From positions 7,058,448 through 7,122,447 of the forward strand of contig BDGG01000002.1 of assembly GCA_001949185.1 (NCBI GenBank): DNA of 64,000 nucleotides, read 5' to 3'. Positions 38,989-50,200 of this stretch are shown here, piece after piece. Under the pieces are notes generated by a model that saw nothing but the letters and a program-made list of their open reading frames with translations, was not told where the DNA came from and searched no databases. The number at the start of each line of letters is the position of its first letter. Positions within the stretch are counted from its first letter, which is position 1. The translations under genes and the position numbers were made by a program. The DNA comes from Ramazzottius varieornatus (taxonomy: Eukaryota > Animalia > Tardigrada).

Positions 38989-41235
38989 ATGGCGAAAGGA
39001 GCGAAGGATGTTGATATCGTGCTGGAGCTTGAGAACCTGCATGCTTTTACGGATTTTCTGCTGACTAAGAACGGGCTCATCGGTACGCTTTTCCACACAA
39101 GTCCATGCCGTTATCGTCCTCTTATGTTATGCTCTCTCATGCATTACAGTGTGCGAAGTCTATCAGGAATGGGCTGGACAGTGCGTCGTCATGAAGCGAT
39201 TTCTCAAGAAGGCCAAGTTTGAGTTCTTGGAAGGGGATGACTGGGACCTTGTGACATACTGCTCGGTACTTCAACTTGCGGCAGCAAAGTATCATACTAA
39301 GAAACGATGTAGTTGTTGCTGACATCTTTTTATGTGCAGATTTTTTTCTCGTACCTTTGTAGATCAAGGTAGAGGCTGTACCGGCATTCAAGAATCTTCG
39401 TGGAAAATGCATCCCAACTTACCTGTTTTTCGGGGTAAGTACAGGACACATTGCTAGTTGAAACTGCGCTTTCGCTACTAATGTCGACCGTCTGCTGTGT
39501 CTTGCAGGAAAGAAAACCTGTTGGGTTTTTCCGCGGATACAAACCTTCCTTGCTGATGCCTTTGATCAAGGAAATGGTCAGGCGCGAAAAGCTTTGTATG
39601 GCCGGAAAAGCTCGCCGGCATGTTATCAGCGAGACAGCACCGTATGAGTTCTCCGAAGAAGACCAGCCCTTACCGGAACTTGAAATACTGGAAGTTCCCA
39701 TCGAACCACGTAAGCCGCATAATTGGACGTAGAAAATAGACAATCCGTTGGGTCCTATCTAGATTTAATACTGCAGCGCAAACTGAAGATCTGGAGCTAG
39801 AGCTTATGAAGTCCGAGCCAGAAGGAGAGCCAACGTTATCGTCTGGACCTCCTGGACCTCCAAATTCTGTAGCAGGTTAGACCAGAATTTTGGGCCTGAC
39901 AGAAATCCAGATTTTTGACTTAGATCTTCTGACTGTCTTTTGACTATGGGGACTTATCGTTTCCCTGTTGTCCCCGAACATACGTCGATGCAAAAGCCAG
40001 CGGATAGTACAGCAACGACTGTGATACCGTCGCCAACGCATGCCGCAGGTACGATCAGAACGCAAGGGTTTACCATGGGTTTTTTAAACTTTGAACAACA
40101 ACCACCTCCTGCGTGTAGGTGAAGAAATGCGGACGTTTGACGGTGCAGCGCCATCGGTCACACATCTGCCCAAGTCACCCTCTCCTGAAATACCGGCACA
40201 TGTATCCTCCGAAGAACCGCGCAGAATCCCCAGCAGGGGTAAGTACGGTAGCTTAGTTTTCACTCACGAACTGGGACGTCGGCAAATGATTTCATCCGCA
40301 TCCTTTTTCCAAGTGACGGACGGTATCAGCCAACAACAGTAAGAACTTTCACCACTTGAGAAAATGAGCTGGATAATATCATTTTCGAGGTCATTGCTTG
40401 CTTCATTCGCTTGCTTCATTCGCTTGCTTCGTTCGCTTGGTTCACTGGGTATCATCATAAGTCTTACGTCTATAGCGAGCGGTGTTAAAGAACCCTTTGG
40501 TGGATCTCGAGCCACTTCCACCACACCGACTTCTCCGACCACTCCATCCACACCGCCAACTATGGAACAGCCGAACCCATTACGTATGTTCGTCGGTGCT
40601 GTAGCGGAAATTTTTATACGGTGCCGTAACTGTGCTCCAACTGTGTAACTGCTGCAACTGTGACATCGTTTGCTACAGCACCTTTTCAAAGAGATACCAG
40701 CGCAGCCGGCGCTCCAGCAAACAACCCAACTCAAGTTACAGAACCCCCGGGCCCTGGAACAGCAAACTTGGTTCCTGTCGAAGAATTGCCGACCGTTGCA
40801 CCATCCCAGCTGGATGAGACTGGAAATGAAGCGAACGCGCAAGCTGGAGTCGGAAGTAGGCTCTTGATACTGCGAATATTTCCATGTTTTCTGAGGGAAC
40901 AAGTCTAGCTGTTATCGTCTGACGATCTTTCTTCTTTCAGTGGTGCCTATAGAGGAAAACCCAAATGTGGAGAACCCTGTGTTCACGCCAGCTGACCAAG
41001 CGGCGACCGGCGCAGTTGGCGAAATCTCTATCCCGGGAGTGCATGAGCTTGGACCCGGGAGCGATCAAGGCGTGGCCCATGTACTGGAACCGGCGGCTCT
41101 TCCTGATGCTAATGCTGATCAGGCCGCTAGTCCTCCCGCAGGTAAGGATAAAGCTTATATGCGCGAAACAATCCGCCTTTTTTACCTCTTTTTTGTATTA
41201 CTTTGTTTTGGATATCTACAGAATCGACGCCCTGA
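38989..41235 (+). CDS. Thioredoxin-domain protein of the NME8/TXNDC3/TXNDC6 (outer dynein arm-associated) type with a Pro/Ala/Glu-rich tail
   Basis: MAKGAKDVDIVLELENL...GLIVCEVYQEWAGQC...RGKCIPTYLFFG...VGFFRG resembles the NME8-type N-terminal Trx fold. Low-complexity exons follow and the predicted stop is TGA 41233-41235. No NDK domain seen. Confidence 0.7.
40271..40395. mobile_element. Palindromic MITE-like element copy, spacer reversed (thioredoxin-gene intron)
   Basis: TGGGACGTCGGCAAATGAT..TTCCAAGTGACG, spacer TCAGCCAACAACAG (reverse complement of the spacer in other copies), CCACTTGAGAAAA. Confidence 0.75.
40396..40447. repeat. 13-bp tandem repeat (GCTTGCTTCATTC) x4
   Basis: Two perfect and two variant copies in an intron, directly after a palindromic element. 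Confidence 0.85.
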
Positions 41236-42965
41236 TGGGAATGAATGGACAAATACCGGAACGAAAACCGGCAGTGAACTTCCGGCAGTCATTTCACAGG
41301 TGAGAGTTAGTGCGAAGACTAGGGAACGAAACTCTGACGTAGGGATTGCTGATGTGAGAATTTGTGTGGTAGGTTCGTTTCGAACGAGTGGTGGTGTTTG
41401 GTGCTCGGGAAAGAAAAAGCTGTACAGTGCGTTTGGTCCTAAAGAGAAGCGAGTCAGAGCAATATGATGGACCTTGACTGAGCAGTTTGTGGATGTATGG
41501 GCAATTGACGCTGGTTTTTTCTATTTGGCGCTTCCGAGGTATTTTCCAAATTGTTCAGGAAACGAGTTTTTCTGGAGGGGTGTTAGCTCTGCTCCCAAAA
41601 TCGCTCATGCAGTTCTCAAGAGCATGCTTTGTAGTTTCGAATACTCGAGCTGCTTGAAAAACGGGTGGATGGGAAGACTTTAACAGATATGTCTATGTAG
41701 GGAAGAAAATAGGGGAATCAGTTTTTTATACCAATTGTCTACGCATGGCCTGCCGTACGGGCCGGATCAGCTGTTTCCGGGATGCAGCTGTCTGTCCCCT
41801 GTGGCTAACCGAAAACTCTACTTGACATACCATTTTACACGAAAGTGGTCGCCAAGCCTGTTTTACTTCCATGAATGGATCGGAGTTAAACTATTTTCCG
41901 GACAATGGCCGAATGCTCATTACCATGTCATCACCTGTCAACTCGACATTTGGGTGTATCTCCATGAGCTCTAAATGCTCATGTTCATAGAGGGGTGGAA
42001 AATCGGCCTGTCCGAGAAGCGCCAAATAGCAAAAACCAGCGTCAATTTGCAATCAGGCCTGTGCAGGAGCGGCGCATCAAGGCTGCACGATGGTCCAGTA
42101 GCCAATTTCCTTGTAAAAACAAACTGAGGCTCCACTGTAGACGATAATCACAGTTCGTCTGTTGGCTCTCTCCCGAGAACTGTGCTTGAGTTAAAGGTCG
42201 TGATCTTGTTGCGTCGTGGGGGTCATGGTGCTTGAGCAAGAACTGTTGCTTTAACATTTCGCGGTTCTTCGCAGCCATCTTGACAGAGCAAACCATCATG
42301 GCGTCCTCCTTTCGGCCAGCTGCAGTGTGGCTTTTCGCTGGCTACGGTTCACTTAGGTTCGAGAAGGGACAACTGGAAGGTTTCCCGCTGATAACTTCCG
42401 GCAGTTTCTTCCGCGTGACGGACAAAGAAGTGTTCCTTTTCCCGTTTCCGAACACCCAAGTGCAATTCGAAACCACCGGAATCGGGTCGCTGCTGACAAC
42501 AGAGCCTGCGGATACTTTCGGCTATGGAAGGCATCAACGTCTTTGTTGGAAAGGAGAAACGGTATGTACCAAAAGCCTACTTTGTATCAGGATGTGACGT
42601 AACCTACTCGTAAAGAAAGTTTTACTGTAGTGTGGCGCTTAACTATGTCTTCGTCGATCTGCCTCTCCGACAGGTCGTATTTCAGGTGACAACATGGTGA
42701 CAGGTATTTTTAGAAGAGGTTACCTTGTGCAGGTCCTGAGCATGCAGTCCGCCCTTCTCAGTCACAGAAACTACGGTAGCAGTCTCTGGAGCTTGAAGGT
42801 TTGATGTTAATCCGACGATTTTGTGCTCAACTTGTGCCGGTATACCATTCAAGATGAGCAACTCAACTAGTGTGGCACTCCGACAAAAGCTGAAGAAAAA
42901 GACGCTAAATTCACTTTTCCGTGAAGGAGAAAGTTGGATACGAAGCTGCTGCCGGCTGAATTATC

Positions 42966-43090
42966 CGGGACGTGGGCAGATGAATTGAACCACATTGTTA
43001 TCTCAAGTGGCGCACGTTTACATTGTTCCTGACTGAAACTGTGCGCCATTGTAGAGACGATCTGGTTCAGATCATTTGCCCACATCCAAT
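42966..43090. mobile_element. Palindromic MITE-like element copy (upstream of tropomyosin)
   Basis: GGGACGTGGGCAGATGAATTGAACCA..CAAGTGGCGCAC..GTGCGCCATTG..CGATCTGGTTCAGATCATTTGCCCACATCC. Confidence 0.8.
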
Positions 43091-44268
43091 TTGTTTTCTT
43101 GCGATATCCATATGCCACGCAGTAAACGATGCCTGTTGACTGAAGCAACAGTTGTCATCGCTCAGATCGTACGCATGCAAAGGCTTTTCCCTCCCGACGA
43201 CAGATCGATGTACAGTTTAGGGAACACACTCCGAAATCATCCGCGGCCGTATGATCATAGGCTAAAAATATCTCCGCACCAAATATCCTCAACTTCGCGA
43301 TATGCCCAGCAGCGAGCGCTTACTCGAATGGAACTTCTTCGCAGCGCCCAACGAAGTATGTGCATGCTAGCAAGTGAAGTTTGGCTATTTAGGGATGGTG
43401 GCTTTTGGAACACTTACTGCTTCCTGCGTAACTGTAGCAGCCATGGCGTTCTCCTCTCGTAGCAAATGTGTGCGCAGGCGGAGGAGGAAAACATCAGCGT
43501 CAAAGTTGATGATTAGTCCATCTGGTGACGTTTTTTCTCGAATACGGCCTCATGACCTGCGTCTTTTTTGCTGCCTGCTGCCTCCGCCCTGAAAGCCAAC
43601 CCGTTCAGCATGGCAGAGCGTGTATTCTTGGAGTAAAATAAACTATAAGGACCACGAGTGTACGCGGCGAGCTTGTTCGTCTTTCCTAGCTTCCTTTGCC
43701 CGACAAAGTTAGTCTAGTGCCTAACCTCATTCCGAGCAAGCTTCTCCAGCTCTTCCCCCTTCCACTTCCAGGATAACCCTCGTCCTCCTTTCTGTTCTTC
43801 CAGTTCAGGTAAGCCAAAAGCATATGCCGGAAGTAGTGTATCTTTGCGTCGAACCTTGTTTCGGGTATCAAATTGGACCGTGGAGGGACGATCAAAGCTG
43901 TAACTCTTTGGTCGAAGTCGGCCTGGCGCCAGAAGTCACGCCCTTCGCGCTCCTTCTGTCTGGTTATCGGCATGAGTACGGAAACTGGACTTTGATCGTG
44001 CTCCATTCTTATCAACGAATGCACTCAGGCAATGACGCAAACAATGCTTGTTCGATTCCATGCAGCTGGGGCATGTTGGAAGTTTCAAAAGTCTACACGT
44101 TTCTGTAGCTGTGAATCTGATCAAGCCGCGCTGCAGCATAATACCGTATTATGCCAGGCTTACAGACGATCCAAAATTTTTTCCTGGAATAAGTTCGCAC
44201 ATTTATAGCGGTGCTTTGGGACCCGCTCATACCGTTATTTTAATTTCAGTGCACAAAGCAACAACACA

Positions 44269-47200
44269 ATGGACGCCATCAAGAAGAAGATGCAGGCCAT
44301 GAAGCTGGAGAAGGAGAACGCCATGGACCGCGCCGATGCCCAGGAGCAAAAGAGCCGCGAAGCCGAGAAGCGCGCCGAAAAGGTACGACAATCTTGAGGA
44401 CCTTTATCCTTAAATGCCTGAGGTATTGTATACCTTGCTATACTAACCGGGTCATTATGTCGTTTAGGCCGAGGAAGATGTCAAAGATTTGCAAAAGAAG
44501 ATCCAACAGATTGAGAACCTTCTCGACGAGACCCAAGAGAAGCTCCTGACTAAGGAGAAGGCTTTGGAGGAGGCCGACAAGAAGAGCGCTGATGTAAGTG
44601 CACCTTTATACGTAACTTTATGGTCGTTTGAGGCTTTGAGGAATATTCCGTTGGAAATTTCTTTGATGTCGTGACTGAGACGAAAACTTTGCACTAGGGC
44701 TTTAGGTGAGTGGGGTTTGCGTTGGATACAGGTTTGTTGACCAAGCACTTTGTACCAAACGTCAAATTTTACACCTCTTGTCAGTCGATTCATCAGTGGA
44801 ACAGGAAGTTTATTCGAAGAGATTGCCTTGATTGCTAGTGGTGTAGTCTTGCAAGTCAGAAGTAGCCGACAGAGTAAGGGTACGAAGGGAGCTAGCTGGG
44901 TCACTTGCCATGTCTGCGTCAAGAGAGATGGACATGCCTTCACGGCAGTCAGCATCCGCTAACTGCAGCTTCTTGCTGGCTTCGAAGAATTTGCGGGAGG
45001 TTATTTTGAGCTGTGACGTTGAAGACCTCGCCCATCTGCGGCCAGAGCAAGCCCGAGTGGCGTTCGCCTTGTTTGGTTAAGTCTACTTTTACGTAAGTTG
45101 ATATGGCACAGCTCGAACTGTAGCGGGAAGACGTGCATGATTCATATTGGATAATCCCCCGTTATCCAAACGTCTTTCATGCTATCTTTTATATGGGTTG
45201 TTGTTTGCCACAATCGTAATCTTAAAACCAGACACCCAAAAGGAATCACCTATCTCTACAGCAAACGAAGACCTCATTGTGAAGCGCACCAAGATAAACA
45301 ACATAGATGCGAATGCTGTTAAAGTTTTTTGTCCGAAGCACCTTGACTGTGCATAACGGTGATGCGGTACAATGGGCTTGCGAGAAGTGCTTTGTTGTTC
45401 GAGCTTTCTTTCGTTGGAAAGTTCTTAAGCTTCGTGGTATAGAAAAATCCAGGGGGTATTGATGGAACGTCTTCGTCTCTTTTAAAAATAGCGTAAATAT
45501 AAGCACTTGTCACTGCTATAGTTCGGCATGACCAGCTGCTCGAGAGTTGACCGACTAATGCCTCTGTACAGATACGCGTAACATTGAAGCAAAAAGTCGA
45601 GAGCAGTGTCTTGTCTGGGGAAAGTGTTCTCCATTGCTTGCCAGTGAAGCTCACCATGCGTTGGAAAAATGGGTAGCCGGTACATGATGGTATTCTTGAA
45701 TCAAGGTTCGTCGTAGATTGTGTGTCAGATCGCCGCGTATCCTGTTTCTGTTTGCCATGGCCTGATTTATGTGGTTGGATGTTGGCAGTTCTCAGGGTTT
45801 ATGGATGGATCCGTGTTGATCCCCCTCTTCTATTGAATATTGTTGAGTGATATGGCCAACGGGAAACCTTCTGCTGCTCATCTTTCGAACAGCCGACGCA
45901 GTAGCGGGGCGAATAGTGATGCTGGTGTTGTGGTTTCGGATATTACCAGTTCTAGTGAGGATTATGCGGCAGTTCGCTGCAAGTCACTGCCGATCGAGCA
46001 GACGGAAACTCGACGTCGCAAGAGCAAGTCAAAGTTCCCCGGCCTTGCTCTTGGAGCGTCACTAATGAAGTCGCCGGCTGAGATGAAATACCAAATCATT
46101 GGCAATGAACTGCACAATATCATCAATGTCCACATGAAGCGGGTAAGCACAGCTTCACGGTTCTTGGTTTGAGCATCTGAAGGGGTTTCTCAAGAGGTGT
46201 GATTGACACCTGGCAAAGTTTTGCGAAGGCTTTTCGGCCACCTTTTGCGGAGCTAGCAATGCTAATTAGATCTTCCTCCTTGCTCTGGGTTTTCGTTGGA
46301 ACGTCGGAAATTCTGTACACTGATCTGGTCTAGGTTGCCAGCTTGGTTGTTATGATATATGTTTGCTTGGGGTGTTCTTGTCGAAGAGTCGCAAACTTAC
46401 CTGCCTTGTCGGCAAGAGTATGCGCTGTGGTGGCGCCACTAGCGTGACCAGTCGTTCTTACTGATATCGCCAGTACGAACGGTCTTCTCGCGTCATTTTG
46501 GCTTTTGCGTGTTTGAGTTTTGCGCAGCTACCTCTGTTTTTCTCTAAATCAGTCTTGAAGGATGCATGATGTTCATTCTTGAACATAATTGGTTCCTAAC
46601 GCACATCAGGCATAAATTCGAAGATCGCTGATTGCGTTCGATGGCCAACCGACCTGGTTCCACAGACACGAGATTACAGTCCGTCATAATTATGTATAGC
46701 TAGTGGTCTTGACTAGATTTAGCTGCAATTTGTGCCATACTTTTAGCCTACCAGAATTTGAATAATTCGCTACTAGATGAGGGCCCGCTGTCGGAACATT
46801 GGGTTTGATCGAAGTTGTTGTAGGAAGGTACCCCGAAAATAATTCACGCTGTGCCAACCTCCTTACACCTGCATGTCATGCAATTAATAACGGTCTACGT
46901 ATCCGCCATATACCTGCTGATAAGAACATTTCTGGTATTAGTGAACTATAGTCGAGCAGCCAATACATACATGGACATTTTGTTGGTACTTCAGTAACTT
47001 CGATGCGTCGTGCATTAGTCATCAAGGTTACAAATTCCTTCTTGTCATCGAGCTCGAGTAAGAAAAATATCTTTAAGCGTATAATAAAATGCGCAGCATA
47101 ATGTATTTTGCTTTTGTTTACCTGAGGCATGTGCTGCATGGTTCACCAACATGCCACGCCCATTGTCTTATAACTTTAAATTTGCGGTGAACCCACGCGA

Positions 47201-50200
47201 AGCAAGTGTCTCCTGCCGCAAAAATAATTTTGGAAACGAAGAGTAGTCGTTTCGAAATCAGTAATATGATAGCCAGCGGTCAGTGGTCAGGTTGGAGAAA
47301 CGTTACGCATGCTTTCGTTATCGATTTGCGTGAAGTTGTAAAACTAAAGCTTTTATCGATTGAAGTTCAAGTGGATGAAATCGATTGTGGAGATTCTTGC
47401 CCGGAGGGTTAACCATACGTGGTGGTCGCTGCAGTTATGGCAGGCGGTAGGGATTAACGGCAAATTGGTACAGTACAAAGCAACGTTCGTACAGTCGTAC
47501 GTGTAATATGCGCTTGAGCACGCAGGTGGTCGCTTTTTCTTCAGCATTCGTCACAAGTTCATCTTTAGCCGTGCTCACCTGTACTCTTTTTACCTTTGGT
47601 TGCTCGTACCGTCAGACGTTGAGAAGAGAGAGTCGGATGAGCAGGTATTAAACGTTAAATTTCTCCGTGCCTGCCTCATCTCAGGTAGCAGTCAGTTCGT
47701 TTTCCTGCATCGGTCCATCACCATAAGGTACAAACCAGCACTGTGCTGAATCCATCCATCTTTCTTTCCGTGTCGATCCTTGTGGACTATTCCCGCCAGT
47801 TGAAGCCCCTTCTTTCACCACCATGGCTACCCACACGCAAGGTAGTATGCTGGATATCCTCAAGAAGAAGATGAGACAGGCCAAGGAGGAAATGGAAAAC
47901 GCCAGAGATTCGGCGGAGGAAGCTGAAAAGAGGCACGCTCTGGAGATTCGCAGACGCGAAGACGTAAGGCTTTTCTATCCCGAATATACATCAATGGTTC
48001 CGCAAACCCTGCGTTGCTTAATTTCAGTAAAGAATTAACTAGAAAATTTTATAGAAATTTCTTTCGTGAGGTTTAACTAGTGTAGTCTTAATCTGCGGCC
48101 AAGGGGCCAAAGCTTATGTGCGCTACATCCGTTTTCTTGTGAAGTCCGTAAGCACCCACAAGCGTAGGTGTGGACGGTCTTAAAAGATGGTAGGCTGCTG
48201 GTTGCTCACATAGAGCCCATCTTAGGGCTGACCTTGGGTCGTGGCCTGACTCGACTGCGCATCTACAGCTGAGCTTTGTTGTGGTCTTTTGCGCGCAAGC
48301 ACCGACAAAGCCACCGCAGCAGTGGTCTCGTTTCGAAGAGGTGTGTACTAGAGATCACCTGAGGCTTGCGGAAAACAGCGCCCCACATATACTTTTTTTC
48401 GAAAAACTTTTTGGGTGGGAAAACAAACGTGTTTGACGGATACCTGAGCGAGCTCGTGGTCGTCGCTTCACTCACGTTATGCATGCCGCCTGATTATGAT
48501 GAGTGAAAATCCGTGTATCAGCCCGAGACCCGAGTGTTATACATGTTGGTTGCTTAACGTTACACAATCAACTTTCAAAAGCGTATATTTTATTGATAGA
48601 GGAAGCTGTTGAACACCATGTTATTGCACAAACGTGCTGTACAAGTGCTTGTCCGAATTAGTCAGACGTTGAACGATGAGCAGGTGCTGCGAAGAGATCC
48701 TTGAGGAGAGGCTGGGGTTCAACAGAAGGCGCTCTGCTGCTCCGCCTCATAACCGACCAAAGAGTGCTGAAAATTTCCTGGTCGCGAATTTCCAATTTAC
48801 ACACGCGCGTGTCGCTCAGTTTGAGAACTCAGAAACTGAAATGGGCGGCGTTGTTTTGCTTGACTGAGTAGTTTTGGATTACCGAATTTTCTTGATTTAT
48901 TAGTTCGTTTTTCTGGTAGTGGGCTCTGATGCCGATTTCACCATAACTTGCAAACAGCGCTGCGGGACAGAAGCGCGACATCTTGTCCGTGCAGGATATT
49001 CATCATAAAACAGCTCTGGTGTCTGTCTAGGTTTCTTTTCGGCGGACACGACCAAATAGCTTAGATTTGGGTTAACTCGATTATGCAGGAAAGAATGTGT
49101 GCTACATATGCACGTCGTCCTATGGCTATTAAACTGTCTTATTGCTTTATTGTTATGAAAGCGATTCCGTGCGACTCTTCGAACGAGGAACTAAGACTTA
49201 AATAGCTCTGTAGCATGTGGACCTTTCTACTTGTCACAGGGAACCCTTGAGGACTATGATTGGCCACAGTGCTCCGGGGAAGACAAAGGTGAAGTGTTGA
49301 CTCGGTGAAAATATCATTCGCCGGTCCGGTGTTCGTCCGTGGAAAAGGTACGAGAGATGAAAGTTATCAGGGTGAGATTGCTTGCGTGTGTCTCGGTGCT
49401 GGCCGATCAAAACCTTCAGCTGCTGCCAGAGACCTCGAGCTCTGCTAGTTCTCGGTCGCTGGTTCTCTCTTACAGGTTCAGCCAGGCAGCAATGAATTTC
49501 CTAAAATGGTGCGCAGGTACACATATTGATGTAGGCAAATGAGGCAGCTGCTGGTGTTGGACGGACAGAAGGCGTTTCTCTTCCGTCAGCATTTCTGGCC
49601 ATGCGTAGGCATCGTCGTCATCTTAAACCTGATGCGCCATCCAACTTTGCTGAATACTAGAAATTTTTCCCGAAAATATTTCGTACCAAGAATTCATTGA
49701 GCTCAGCTAAGACTTCGAGTCTTCGTGGTCCATCACAATTGTTTTGCAAAGGTTATTCAAACCACACACATTCGCGACCTATCATGGTGTCAAACGGTAA
49801 AAACATGTATGCATGGTGAATAATTACAAGCTTTTTTGGCCTGATTGGCGTCGTTGGCTCATTCTGTTGTTTAGCCTCTAGTTTTGCTGTGTCTGTTCGG
49901 CAACACAGTTGCATAGGTAGCATTGCCACTTACGAGGCAGAAGGCGCCTCTCTCATTGAATGCCCGAAACACCGGCTGTCACTTTGATGTGCAAAAAAGG
50001 CATCACAGCGGCATAATTGACTTACCCCAAACAAAGAGACGAATTAGGCTTGCAAGGCAAGCTACTCAATATTATTGATGGACACTTTTCGGTCTATTTT
50101 GTCACCGCAGTTTCTTCTGAGGTTCTTTGCAGTTTGGCCGCACCTCAAAGATGAGTGAGAGGCTCCACTGAACTCTAAATGAGAATGTTGGATTTCACTC

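Noticed and set aside
41300-41372. Apparent intron 64 nt after the predicted stop of the thioredoxin gene (possible NMD switch)
   Set aside because: It depends on an unverified 3' gene model and cannot be supported without transcripts.
42042-44139. Short ORFs between the thioredoxin gene and tropomyosin
   Set aside because: The frames do not join and show no family resemblance.
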